Source: an uncultured Verrucomicrobiota bacterium (GTDB taxonomy: Bacteria; Verrucomicrobiota; Verrucomicrobiia; Limisphaerales; UBA9464). From it: DNA of 64,000 nt. This document shows positions 27,420 to 36,197 of the stretch, one piece after another. Position 1 is the stretch's first letter. Every line of letters begins with the position of its first letter. The stretch covers positions 2,568 to 66,567 of the forward strand of contig CAIMMI010000283.1 of NCBI GenBank assembly GCA_903842505.1. The letters run 5' to 3'. The notes beneath the pieces are model-generated. The model had not been told where the DNA came from. It did not search any database and saw only the letters and a list, made by a program, of their open reading frames with translations. The position numbers were made by a program, and so were the translations under genes.

Positions 27420-28712
27420 ATGAAACCGATCCCTATTCGGCAAGCCTTCCTGGCCTTGGTGGCCATCGTCGCCAGTTTTGCGTGTCTCGAAGCGGCTCTG
27501 CCCGTCACCGGCAGTCCCGTCGCCGCCTGGAATGAGCAGGCCCTCGACGCGATCCGGGCCACGTCAACGCCTCCCCCAAAGGCTTCGCGCGGCCTGGCCA
27601 TCCTGCATGCATCGATCCACGACGCGTATAACGGTATCGCGCGGGATTATCGCCAGTACCTGGTCACGGAAGGTCGGCCAATCCGGAACTCGTCGAAGGA
27701 TGCCGCGCTGGCGGTCGCAGCCCATGACGTGCTGGTGACGTTGTTCCCTTCGCGTACCGCCCAGTTTGATGCTGAGCAGGCCGCCCAGTTGGCCCCGATT
27801 GCCATCGGCCCCGCGCGGACCCGGGGAATGGCATGGGGACAGGCTGTGGCGGCTGCAATTCTTGCTGCCCGTGCCAACGACGGTTCATCGAGCGTGGTCA
27901 CCTACACCCCGGGAGTCGGGCCCGGCTATTGGCGGCCGACCCCACCTGCCTACGCACCGGCCCTGCTGCCGCAATGGGGCGACCTGGTTCCATTCGGTCC
28001 GAAGCCGATTGCCAGCTTCGTGCCGATGGCTCCGCCGGCCTTGAACACAAGCAAGTACGCCGAGGAGGTGGCTCAGGTAAAGGAACTCGGCTCTGCCAAC
28101 AGCACGGTCCGCACGGCCGACCAAACCCAGATCGCGCGCTTCTGGGCCAACGGTGGGGGTACGGCCACGCCGCCGGGGCACTGGAACCAGATTGCCCGCA
28201 TCGCGATCGCCCAGCAGGGCCTGGATGTGGGGGAAGAGGCTCGATTGATGGCGCTCCTCAACCTCGCCATGGCCGATGCCGCGATCGTTTCGTGGAACAC
28301 CAAGTACGAGTACAATCTCTGGCGTCCGGTGGCCGCCATCCGGGAAGCCGACACCGACGGCAACCCCCTTACGATTGCGGATCCGACCTGGACTCCGCTC
28401 CTCGTGACGCCTCCCTTCCCGGAATACACTTCCGGGCATTCGACGTTCAGTGGGGCTGCTGCGGCTGTTCTGGTCCGGGTGTTTGGGAGGGATTCGATTG
28501 CGTTCGTGGCTGAGTCGGATGATGTGCCAGGCATCGTTCGGAGCTATCCCAGCTTTTCCGCGGCGGCAGTCGAAAGTGGCATGAGCCGGATCTACGGCGG
28601 TATCCACTTCATGAGCGCGAACCGCTTTGGTCTCTCCTCGGGCGGTGCAGTGGGTGACTCGATCGCCAAGCGGCTTCTCAGGAGCCTGGACGATGACGAG
28701 TCGGGCGACTGA
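27420..28712 (+). CDS. vanadium-dependent haloperoxidase / PAP2-superfamily protein, secreted
   Basis: Signal peptide MKPIPIRQAFLALVAIVASFA. The motifs PEYTSGHSTFSGAAA and SRIYGGIHF are acid-phosphatase/haloperoxidase-type histidine motifs. Confidence 0.75.
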   Translation: MKPIPIRQAFLALVAIVASFACLEAALPVTGSPVAAWNEQALDAIRATSTPPPKASRGLAILHASIHDAYNGIARDYRQYLVTEGRPIRNSSKDAALAVAAHDVLVTLFPSRTAQFDAEQAAQLAPIAIGPARTRGMAWGQAVAAAILAARANDGSSSVVTYTPGVGPGYWRPTPPAYAPALLPQWGDLVPFGPKPIASFVPMAPPALNTSKYAEEVAQVKELGSANSTVRTADQTQIARFWANGGGTATPPGHWNQIARIAIAQQGLDVGEEARLMALLNLAMADAAIVSWNTKYEYNLWRPVAAIREADTDGNPLTIADPTWTPLLVTPPFPEYTSGHSTFSGAAAAVLVRVFGRDSIAFVAESDDVPGIVRSYPSFSAAAVESGMSRIYGGIHFMSANRFGLSSGGAVGDSIAKRLLRSLDDDESGD

Positions 28713-28806
28713 TGCCTGTCCGGATCCTCCGTCAAAAACCCGATGGTTACGGAACATCGCCCCGCCGGTCCACCTGGTGGGGCGAGACTTTGTCGAACCG
28801 CCTCAG

Positions 28807-28908
28807 AGTTTGAAGTTTTCAGTTTCAAGTTTGAAGCGGCAGCCGGGCTTGAAACTTGAATCTTGAAACCTGGGACTCCCCAGCGGCTCGTGAGGACACT
28901 CGCCCCAC
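28807..28908 (-). repeat. dispersed intergenic repeat, inverted-orientation copy, with an extra GTTTCAAG/CTTGAAAC hairpin
   Basis: agtttgaagttttcagtttcaagtttgaagc-ggcagccgg-gcttgaaacttgaatcttgaaac forms an imperfect hairpin. It is followed by ctgggactccccagcggctcgtgaggacactcgccccac, the reverse complement of the 21227-21262 core. Confidence 0.85.
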
Positions 28909-29006
28909 ATCCCCAGGCTTGGGGACCGTGGCGGGATGACCCCCTCTGGTCGGAGGTTCCCCGTCCGTTCTCGCCCGCGGTTGCGGTGGGTGGATAGGCT
29001 TGCCTC

Positions 29007-30053
29007 ATGGAGTTGGCATACCGGCAGTTTGACCTGGCGCTCCGCCACCACTGGGCCATCGCAACCGATCTGGGGCGCGGAGGTGGAAAGAGCGTCTATC
29101 CCGTTGTCTTCGTCGAGTTGAAGGACGGGCAGGGGCGCACCGGTCTGGGCGAGGCCTCGCCGTCGAGTCAGTACGGGGAGAACCACGCGACCGTGACCGA
29201 GTTCCTCGCGAGGGTGGACCCGAAGCGACTGAGCTTCGATGACATCGCCGGGAGCATGGCCTACATCGAGGGGTTGGTCCCCGGCCGGTATCCGGCCAAG
29301 TGCGCATTGAACATCGCGCTGCTGGACGGCGCCTCGAAGGCGGCCGGGAAGCCCTTGTGCGAGTTTCTCGGCCTCGGGTCGTTTCGCGAGGGGGCGCACG
29401 TCTCTTCGTTTACCATCGGCATCGATACTCCGGAAGCCATGGCCTTGAAGACCGTCGAAGCCGCCCGGTACCCGATCCTCAAGATGAAGCTCGGCAGCCC
29501 GAAGGATCGGGAGAATTTCGCGGCCGTCCGGAGCGCCGCTCCGGGCAAGTGGATCCGGGTGGATGCGAATGCCGGTTGGAAGACACGCGAAGAGGCCCTG
29601 GAACGGATCGAGTGGCTGGCGTCGGACGGTCGCGTGGAGTTCGTCGAGCAGCCGATGCCGCCGGAGTTGCCGACTGCCGATTGGGCGTGGCTGAAGGCCC
29701 GCTCACCGCTGCCATTGATCGGCGACGAGCTTTATCAGAGTGCCGCGGACGCGACGCGCTGCGCCGAGTGTGTGCATGGAATCAACGTGAAGTTGGTGAA
29801 GACCGGCGGTGTGACCCGGGGCAAGGAGGCGCTCGAAGCCGCCCGGGCACTTGGCCTGAAGACCATGCTCGGCTGCATGATCGAGTCGTCCGTCCTGATC
29901 TCCGCGGGCGCCCATCTGGCGGCCCTGACCGACTACCTCGACCTCGATGGTAACGTCCTGATCACCAACGATCCCTACCGGGGCGTGCTCAACCTTGATG
30001 GGCGGATGAGTTTCGAGGGCGTGGAGGCCCAGTCCGGCTTGCGGGTCCGTTAG
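29007..30053 (+). CDS. dipeptide epimerase (enolase superfamily, L-Ala-D/L-Glu epimerase-like)
   Basis: KMKLG, RVDANAGW, EFVEQP, IGDE, NVKLVKTGG, GCMIESS and DLDG are the enolase-superfamily catalytic pattern of the MLE subgroup. Confidence 0.8.
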   Translation: MELAYRQFDLALRHHWAIATDLGRGGGKSVYPVVFVELKDGQGRTGLGEASPSSQYGENHATVTEFLARVDPKRLSFDDIAGSMAYIEGLVPGRYPAKCALNIALLDGASKAAGKPLCEFLGLGSFREGAHVSSFTIGIDTPEAMALKTVEAARYPILKMKLGSPKDRENFAAVRSAAPGKWIRVDANAGWKTREEALERIEWLASDGRVEFVEQPMPPELPTADWAWLKARSPLPLIGDELYQSAADATRCAECVHGINVKLVKTGGVTRGKEALEAARALGLKTMLGCMIESSVLISAGAHLAALTDYLDLDGNVLITNDPYRGVLNLDGRMSFEGVEAQSGLRVR

Positions 30054-30077
30054 AGGCCCGTGCGGTGCCGAATAATG

Positions 30078-30110
30078 AAAAACCCCCGGCGCCTTTCGGC
30101 ACCCGGGGGT
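30078..30110 (-). terminator. probable intrinsic terminator of the prepilin-like gene (minus strand)
   Basis: 8-bp stem acccccgg / ccgggggt (30082-30089 / 30103-30110), followed on the minus strand by TTTTT (plus-strand aaaaa at 30078-30082). It lies 30 nt after the stop at 30140. Confidence 0.6.
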
Positions 30111-30139
30111 GAATTCCGGCAATCCGATTCGCTGACGGG

Positions 30140-31024
30140 TCAGCGGGTAGCGCGGGAGTTGAACGACGTGCGGTCCAGCAGCCAGCCCCAGTCCGCGTCC
30201 CGGACGGGCACGGGTGGAGGGCTGTAGGTGAAGTTGGGCTTCTCGAGGCGGACCGTGGTGCGCCAGGACTTGATCTCAGAGTGGCCATCGACGAAGGAAA
30301 GGCCACCTGCGCCGTTGTGGTAGTTGGCCGGCATGTCGATCCAGCGACGCTCGGTCTGCGAGTTGAAGAAGGCACCGTCGTTGATTGAGTCCGGGTTCTC
30401 ATCCAGGAACATCCAGAGTTCGGACGGCGACGGACGGTCGACGTCGGTCATCTTGATGAACAGCTTCTCGCAGCTCAGGAGGCCGTCGCCGGCGCTCTTG
30501 TTGCCCTTGCCGATGGCGCCGTTGGCGGAGATGGAGCGGACCCGTTCAGACCAGCCCTTACGCTTTTGGTTGGAGTGGACCAGCGTGTCGGCCGGGCACT
30601 TGTAGATCTTGGCGCTGTTGGCGGAATACTTGGCGAGCACCGCGTAGCGGGAATCCGTCAGGTAAACCCGGTTGGTGTTGTGCGCGCTCGTGTCCCACGT
30701 CAGCCAACCCATCACCCAGGGGCGTTCGCTGCCGCTGGACGCCTCGTTGATGATCGCACCGCTCTGGGCCGAGCCGCCGTGCGTGACCATCGGGAACTCT
30801 TCGCGGTTGTCACCGGCGTAGAGGTTCACGGCGAGCATGAGCTGCTTGGTGTTGCTCATGCAGAGGACGCCTTGGGCCTTGGTCTTCGCCTTGGCCAGCG
30901 CCGGCAGGAGCATGCCAGCCAGGATCGCGATGATGGCGATCACGACCAGCAACTCGATCAATGTAAACCCTGAGCAACGTCGCTGCGCTCGGGGCATGGG
31001 AGAACGCATAGGTGTACTGTTCAT
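30140..31024 (-). CDS. prepilin-type N-terminal cleavage/methylation domain protein with H-X9-DG motif (PVC-type pseudopilin-like)
   Basis: [29 protein letters not shown] is a class III signal sequence. [13 protein letters not shown] gives H-X9-DG near the C-terminus. Possible starts are at 31024, 31009 or 30997. Confidence 0.85.
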   Translation of the reverse strand: MNSTPMRSPMPRAQRRCSGFTLIELLVVIAIIAILAGMLLPALAKAKTKAQGVLCMSNTKQLMLAVNLYAGDNREEFPMVTHGGSAQSGAIINEASSGSERPWVMGWLTWDTSAHNTNRVYLTDSRYAVLAKYSANSAKIYKCPADTLVHSNQKRKGWSERVRSISANGAIGKGNKSAGDGLLSCEKLFIKMTDVDRPSPSELWMFLDENPDSINDGAFFNSQTERRWIDMPANYHNGAGGLSFVDGHSEIKSWRTTVRLEKPNFTYSPPPVPVRDADWGWLLDRTSFNSRATR

Positions 31025-31138
31025 ACAAATCTTCCGCGGGGTAACGCTTTGGAAATATGATCCACGCGGTTGACGATTGGCAAGGGGGATTCCCCCTGCT
31101 CGCGGACCTTTGGGGCGGTATTTCAGTCGTGGCAGCTT

Positions 31139-32281
31139 TCAGGCCGCGGTAGACCCGCCTCTGGCAGTCTGCAGGCGCCGCCTTCGCCACCACTGGTTGA
31201 GTTGGTCGAGCAGGACGGCCGCCACCACCACCGCACCGATGAGGATCTGGGAATAGCTCTGGTCGATTCCCAGGATCACGATGCCGCTGGTGATCATCTG
31301 GATGATCAGGGCCCCGAGGAGCGCTCCCGCAGCGCTGCCTCGGCCACCCGTCAGGGAAGCACCCCCGACGACTGCCGCGGCAATGACGTTCAGTTCGTAG
31401 CCCTGTCCGTCCCCGGACGAGGCAGCTCCGTAGTACCCGAGTTGCAGAAGCGCCGCGATCGCAGCCGTGACGCCCGACAGGATGAAGACCCCCATCTTGA
31501 CAGGCCCAACCCGGATCCCGCTGAACCGGCTGGCCTGCTCGTTTCCGCCGACCGCATAGATTCGCCGGCCTGGCGCCGTGCGCGTCAGGTAGACTGCTGC
31601 TACGGCGGTGACCACAAGGGTCACGATCAATGGGGTCAGGCTCAAGTCGCCACCGGCCTGCCAACTCACGACATCCCGCAACGGTGCCGGGAACTGGCCG
31701 ATGCTCTGTCCCTGGGTAACCACAAAGGCGATCCCCCGGAAGATGGCCATGGTGCCCAGCGTGATGATGAAGGGGTGGACACGAAGCCAGGTGACCATGG
31801 AGCCGTTGAGCAGGCCACAGAGGGCGCCGATCGATAGGCAAATGCTGATTCCGAGGAGGGAGCCGAGGATGGGCGAACCGGAGTGAAAGCCTTCGGGGCC
31901 GTACCGCCGCAGGAGGAGTCCCGTGAGGACGCTGCACAGGGCGTAGACCGAGCCGACGGAGAGGTCCATCTGGCCCGCAATGATGACGAGGGTCATTCCC
32001 ACGGCCATGATGGCGATGAAGGAGGTGTCCTTCGTCAGTTGGGCCAGATTTTGCAGGTTGAGGAATTTGTTCACCCGCTCGGTGGCGGGAACCTCCTCGC
32101 CCGTTGCATCCGTCACCCGCACGCGCTGGCGGCTTCCATCCGGCATCCGTTCGAACTTCGGCCTCTCCACGGTGCCTCCGCCCAGGGCGAGGATCGCGCC
32201 GAGCACGAGGACGACCAAGACGAGGCCCAGTTCCTGGAAGCGGGGGTGTTTGAAGGCGGTCCTGGAGGAGATCGGCAACAT
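31139..32281 (-). CDS. ABC transporter permease (ribose/xylose RbsC-like family), orphan
   Basis: 380 aa with about 10 TM segments. AIMAVGMTLVIIAGQMDLSVGS and VVGGASLTGGRGS are typical of sugar ABC permeases. No ATPase or binding-protein gene is adjacent. Confidence 0.8.
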   Translation of the reverse strand: MLPISSRTAFKHPRFQELGLVLVVLVLGAILALGGGTVERPKFERMPDGSRQRVRVTDATGEEVPATERVNKFLNLQNLAQLTKDTSFIAIMAVGMTLVIIAGQMDLSVGSVYALCSVLTGLLLRRYGPEGFHSGSPILGSLLGISICLSIGALCGLLNGSMVTWLRVHPFIITLGTMAIFRGIAFVVTQGQSIGQFPAPLRDVVSWQAGGDLSLTPLIVTLVVTAVAAVYLTRTAPGRRIYAVGGNEQASRFSGIRVGPVKMGVFILSGVTAAIAALLQLGYYGAASSGDGQGYELNVIAAAVVGGASLTGGRGSAAGALLGALIIQMITSGIVILGIDQSYSQILIGAVVVAAVLLDQLNQWWRRRRLQTARGGSTAA

Positions 32282-32493
32282 TCGCGAAGATCGAGCGTAA
32301 CGGTCGTCGTGGGTCGTTGTCCAATCACCTGAACCCCCGTTTCAGGTCGATGCCGAGAGTCGATGGGGCGGGAATTCCCTCAAGCCACACCGCCTTGTGA
32401 ATCGCAGCATCCAGAACCACCGACCGACTGCGCACGCGACCATCATGGTCGTTGCGGGATCGTCTGCAGTCCGGCAGGGTGCGGGTCTGGTTC

Positions 32494-33225
32494 ATGCGTA
32501 TCGTACTGTTCGACATCGATGGGACGTTGATCCGGACCGGGGGCGCTGGAATCAAGGCCTTCGCCCGGACGTCCGAGTCGGTATTTGGCCTTCCCGGCGG
32601 AACGGCCCACATGAGCTTTCACGGCAGGACGGATACGTCGTTGGTCCGGGAGTTCCTCCGGCATCACTCGCTTCCGGAAACGAAGGAGAACATGTCCCGT
32701 TTCCTCGATTCCTATCTCGTCCTCCTCGCCGAGATGCTGGCGGAGCATCCCGGAGAGCGGTGTCCCGGAGTGGGGCCGTTTCTCGAGGCGTGTCGGGCGA
32801 TGGTTCCGAAACCCGTCATCGGCCTGCTGACGGGCAACGTCCGGTTGGGAGCCGAACTGAAGCTTCGCGCCCACGGCCTGTGGGAGGAGTTCTCGGTCGG
32901 AGGCTTCGGCGACGATCACGAGGACCGCAATCAGATCGCGGCCATCGCCCGCCAACGGGCGGAGTTGGAGTTGGGCGTGCAGGCGTTGGATCACGAGGTG
33001 GTCGTCATCGGGGACACGGAACGGGACGTTGCCTGCGCGCGGGCCATCGGTGCCCGCTGCCTTGCGGTGGCTACGGGAGGAATTTCTGCGGGAGATCTCG
33101 CGCGGAGCAGCCCCGACTGGTTGTTCGCCGGGTTGGACGAAGTTCACCCGGAAGACCTCCGTTCGGGGGATCCCCGAGACCGGAGCCCGTTACACAAATC
33201 AGTGTCAGATCGGTTTTTGGTTTGA
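32494..33225 (+). CDS. HAD-superfamily hydrolase (phosphoglycolate phosphatase-like)
   Basis: MRIVLFDIDGTLI is the DxDGT motif I, and VVVIGDTERDVACA is motif IV. The start is at ATG 32494. Confidence 0.8.
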   Translation: MRIVLFDIDGTLIRTGGAGIKAFARTSESVFGLPGGTAHMSFHGRTDTSLVREFLRHHSLPETKENMSRFLDSYLVLLAEMLAEHPGERCPGVGPFLEACRAMVPKPVIGLLTGNVRLGAELKLRAHGLWEEFSVGGFGDDHEDRNQIAAIARQRAELELGVQALDHEVVVIGDTERDVACARAIGARCLAVATGGISAGDLARSSPDWLFAGLDEVHPEDLRSGDPRDRSPLHKSVSDRFLV

Positions 33226-33337
33226 CCCTAACCCCCGCTTTCTTTAGTCACCCGCCCAACTTCGCCGAGTCGCCTGCCTTCGGGCACCCCATGGTGGGCG
33301 TATTGTTCTCGGTGGGGGGCGTGAGCCGAGCACGCAT

Positions 33338-35215
33338 ATGCTGAAATCAAAGTCATTCCTGACCCTCGATTTTGGGGCTGGTACCCTCAAGATCGCCGAA
33401 TTTGAGCCGTCCGAGGACGGAGGCCTTCGCTTGCTCCGCTTCGGCGTGAAGCCGCTCGGCCTTGCCGGTTCGCAGGAACCGGCCCGCGAGAACACCGTCA
33501 AAAAGGCGTTGGCCGAGTTGATCGCCGAGGGTGGCTTCGGTGGCCGTCAGGCGAATCTCTGCGCCCCCGGGTTCCAGGTCTTCTCCAAGTTCGTCAAGCT
33601 GGCCCCGGTCGATGCTTCGAAGGTGCCGCAGATCATGCAGTACGAGGCGCAGCAGAACGTGCCTTGGCCGCTGGCCGAATCCGCGTGGGATTACCAGATC
33701 CTCAGCACCACGCCCGGAGGCGAACTCGAGGTCCTGCTGGTCGGCATCAAGTCGGAGATCGTCGAGAAGCTGTTCTCGGTGGGCGAGGGAGTCGGTCTGA
33801 AGATGGACGTGGTGGACACATCCGTTGCCGCCCTCTGCAATGCTTTCCGTTACAACTACGCCGATCTGGACGGCTGCAGCCTCCTGATCGACGTGGGAGC
33901 CAAGACGAGCAACGTCCTGCTGATCGAGAAGAACCGCCTTTACGGTCGCTCGGTTCCGGTTGGCGCGAATGCGATCACCCAGGAGTTCGCTGCCGAGGCC
34001 AAACTTCCCTTCGCCGAGGCCGAAAAGATCAAGGTCAACGACGGCATGGTCAGTCTGGGCGGGGCGTACGAGGAACCGGACAATCCGCGGATTGCCGCCG
34101 TCTCCAAGGTTGCCCGCAACGTCCTCACCCGTCTGCACCTCCAGGTCAACCAGACCGTCCAGTTCTACCGCACCCAGCAGGGTGGCAACGCGCCCGTCCG
34201 GGTCTTCCTCTGCGGCGGCGGTTCCATCCTCCCGTACTCGGTCGAGTTCTTCGCCGAAAAGCTCAATCTCCCGGTCGACATCTTCAATCCGTTCCGCAAC
34301 GTCCTGATCGAGCCCTCGGTCGATGTTGCAGCGCTGGAAAAGGTGGCTCAGTCCTTCGGAGAAGTGGTCGGCCTGGGCCTGCGGAATGTGGCGCAGTGTC
34401 CGGTCGAGTTGAACCTGATGCCGAAGTCGTCCAAGTCCCGGCAGGAGTTCAACGCCAAGAAACCCTACCTGCTCGCCGCCGCCTACGCATTGGTGGTGGG
34501 TGTCTTTGCCTACGGGTGGTTCTACTCCCGGGTCGAAGCCGCGCGTCGCGAAGGTCTGGAGAAGATCACCGCCCAGGTGGAGCCGCTCAAGCAGCTCAAT
34601 GACACCCTGGCCCGGGAGATGGAAAACCTGAAGAAGGTTCAGGAGGAGTCGGGTCAACTGTCCACGTGGCTTGAGGACCAGACATTCTGGGCCGATGTGC
34701 TCTCGGAGTTGCGCCGGATCCTGATCGCCGCGGAGGAAGCCCAGCGGGTGAAGCTGAATAGCGGCCCCGGCACCGTCGGCGTCTGGATCGACACGTTGAT
34801 CACCACCGAGCCGACCCAGCCGGTCGCTCAGGCTTCCTCTGAGGAAACTCCCTCGAACTCGGCCAATCCTTACGGCATGGACCCGGTTCTGATGAAGCGG
34901 TACGGACTCGTGCCCCGCACCCAGCCGGCAGGCGAGGGTGGGGACGCAGCCGCTGACTCCGGTGCGGCCAAGAAACCCAAATCATCGAACTCGACCAACG
35001 AGATTGCGACGGTCAGCCTGACCCTCCGAGCGGTGAATCTTTCCCGCATCAAGACCGGGGCCAACAATGAACTGGTGTTCGAGGTTCAGAACCAGATGAA
35101 GGCCAGCCCGTTCTTCGATGCCAACGAGACCCGCTTCGACGGGACCCTCAGTGAGGAGGAGAACACGTTCTCCTTCCCGATGAAGATCAAGTTGAAGCGC
35201 CCGATGAAGCTCTGA
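33338..35215 (+). CDS. pilM: type IV pilus-like assembly protein, PilM-PilN fusion (Amuc_1101-like position)
   Basis: Residues 1-355 are an actin-like PilM fold (LTLDFGAGTLKIAEF, LLIDVGAKTSNVLL, FLCGGGS). Then comes ELNLMPK, a TM helix (PYLLAAAYALVVGVFAYGWFY), a coiled coil and a periplasmic domain, which matches a PilN-like architecture. Confidence 0.8.
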   Translation: MLKSKSFLTLDFGAGTLKIAEFEPSEDGGLRLLRFGVKPLGLAGSQEPARENTVKKALAELIAEGGFGGRQANLCAPGFQVFSKFVKLAPVDASKVPQIMQYEAQQNVPWPLAESAWDYQILSTTPGGELEVLLVGIKSEIVEKLFSVGEGVGLKMDVVDTSVAALCNAFRYNYADLDGCSLLIDVGAKTSNVLLIEKNRLYGRSVPVGANAITQEFAAEAKLPFAEAEKIKVNDGMVSLGGAYEEPDNPRIAAVSKVARNVLTRLHLQVNQTVQFYRTQQGGNAPVRVFLCGGGSILPYSVEFFAEKLNLPVDIFNPFRNVLIEPSVDVAALEKVAQSFGEVVGLGLRNVAQCPVELNLMPKSSKSRQEFNAKKPYLLAAAYALVVGVFAYGWFYSRVEAARREGLEKITAQVEPLKQLNDTLAREMENLKKVQEESGQLSTWLEDQTFWADVLSELRRILIAAEEAQRVKLNSGPGTVGVWIDTLITTEPTQPVAQASSEETPSNSANPYGMDPVLMKRYGLVPRTQPAGEGGDAAADSGAAKKPKSSNSTNEIATVSLTLRAVNLSRIKTGANNELVFEVQNQMKASPFFDANETRFDGTLSEEENTFSFPMKIKLKRPMKL

Positions 35216-35216
35216 T

Positions 35217-36173
35217 ATGCTCTGGATCAAGCGAAACCTGCTGTTTGTTGTCGGTCTGGCAGTGGCGGTAGCCCTGCTCGGCTTCGGCATCTTCTTCTAC
35301 CTCCTCGGCAACAGGGACGCTGCGGCGGCCGTGGATGCGGAGTTGGAATCCAAGAACACCGAGTATACGACGTTGGTCGATACCAAGCCGGCCCCCAGCA
35401 AGGCCAACATCGACGAGGCCAAGGATCAGCAGAAGCGCCTGGTCGCGTTCCGCGAATCCATGCGCCCTCAATTCCTGGTGACGCCGCTCCCGGAGAGCCT
35501 GGATGATGCCGCCTTCAAGAACCTGCTCGATCGCACGATCGACACCTTGGGCAAGATGGCCGACCGCAACGGAGTCAAGGTTCCCAAGCCCTCGGAAAAG
35601 GATCGGTACGCCTTCACTTTTGACACGCAGTTGAAGCAGTTGGAGTTCAGCCAGAAGTCCCTTCAACCGCTCTCGGCACAGTTGCTCGACATCCAGGATC
35701 TTTGCCGGACGTTGTTCGAATCGAAGATCCATTCGCTGGAGTCGATCCGCCGCACGCCGGTCAGCACCAATGACGTGACCCCGGTCGGCAACTACCTCGT
35801 CAAGAAAGTGACGACCAACTCCGTGACCGGAGCGTCGATCTTCCCCTACGAGGTCACCTTCCAATGCTTCAGTGCCGAGTTGGCCAACGTCCTGGCGGCC
35901 ATTGCCAACTCGGGCCCCACCTACGTCGTGAAGTCCGTCAACGTGGAACGTGGATCGGCAGAGGCTTTCAGCACGGCCAGTTCTGCCCCGGCCGCGGGTG
36001 GGATGAATGCGGTCCTGGCTGGACGCTATGGTCTCGCCGGTCGTGCGGCGCAGCCAGCGCCGGTCGCCCAGCGTCCGGGTGAGGCTGTTCTCGATGACAA
36101 GCCACTCCGGGTGACCCTGAATCTAGAGGTCATCAAGGTCCCGCTCCCTGCTCCCGCCGGAAAGAAGGGCTGA
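35217..36173 (+). CDS. Amuc_1100-family pilus-like (PilO-like) bitopic membrane protein
   Basis: 318 aa with an N-terminal TM helix. It shows collinear similarity to Akkermansia Amuc_1100 as recalled (AAFKNLLDRTIDTL, PYEVTFQCFSAELANVLAAI, LRVTLNLEVIKV). It starts 1 nt after the pilM/N stop. Confidence 0.7.
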   Translation: MLWIKRNLLFVVGLAVAVALLGFGIFFYLLGNRDAAAAVDAELESKNTEYTTLVDTKPAPSKANIDEAKDQQKRLVAFRESMRPQFLVTPLPESLDDAAFKNLLDRTIDTLGKMADRNGVKVPKPSEKDRYAFTFDTQLKQLEFSQKSLQPLSAQLLDIQDLCRTLFESKIHSLESIRRTPVSTNDVTPVGNYLVKKVTTNSVTGASIFPYEVTFQCFSAELANVLAAIANSGPTYVVKSVNVERGSAEAFSTASSAPAAGGMNAVLAGRYGLAGRAAQPAPVAQRPGEAVLDDKPLRVTLNLEVIKVPLPAPAGKKG

Positions 36174-36197
36174 GAGAAAACCTGAACTTCACGCATC

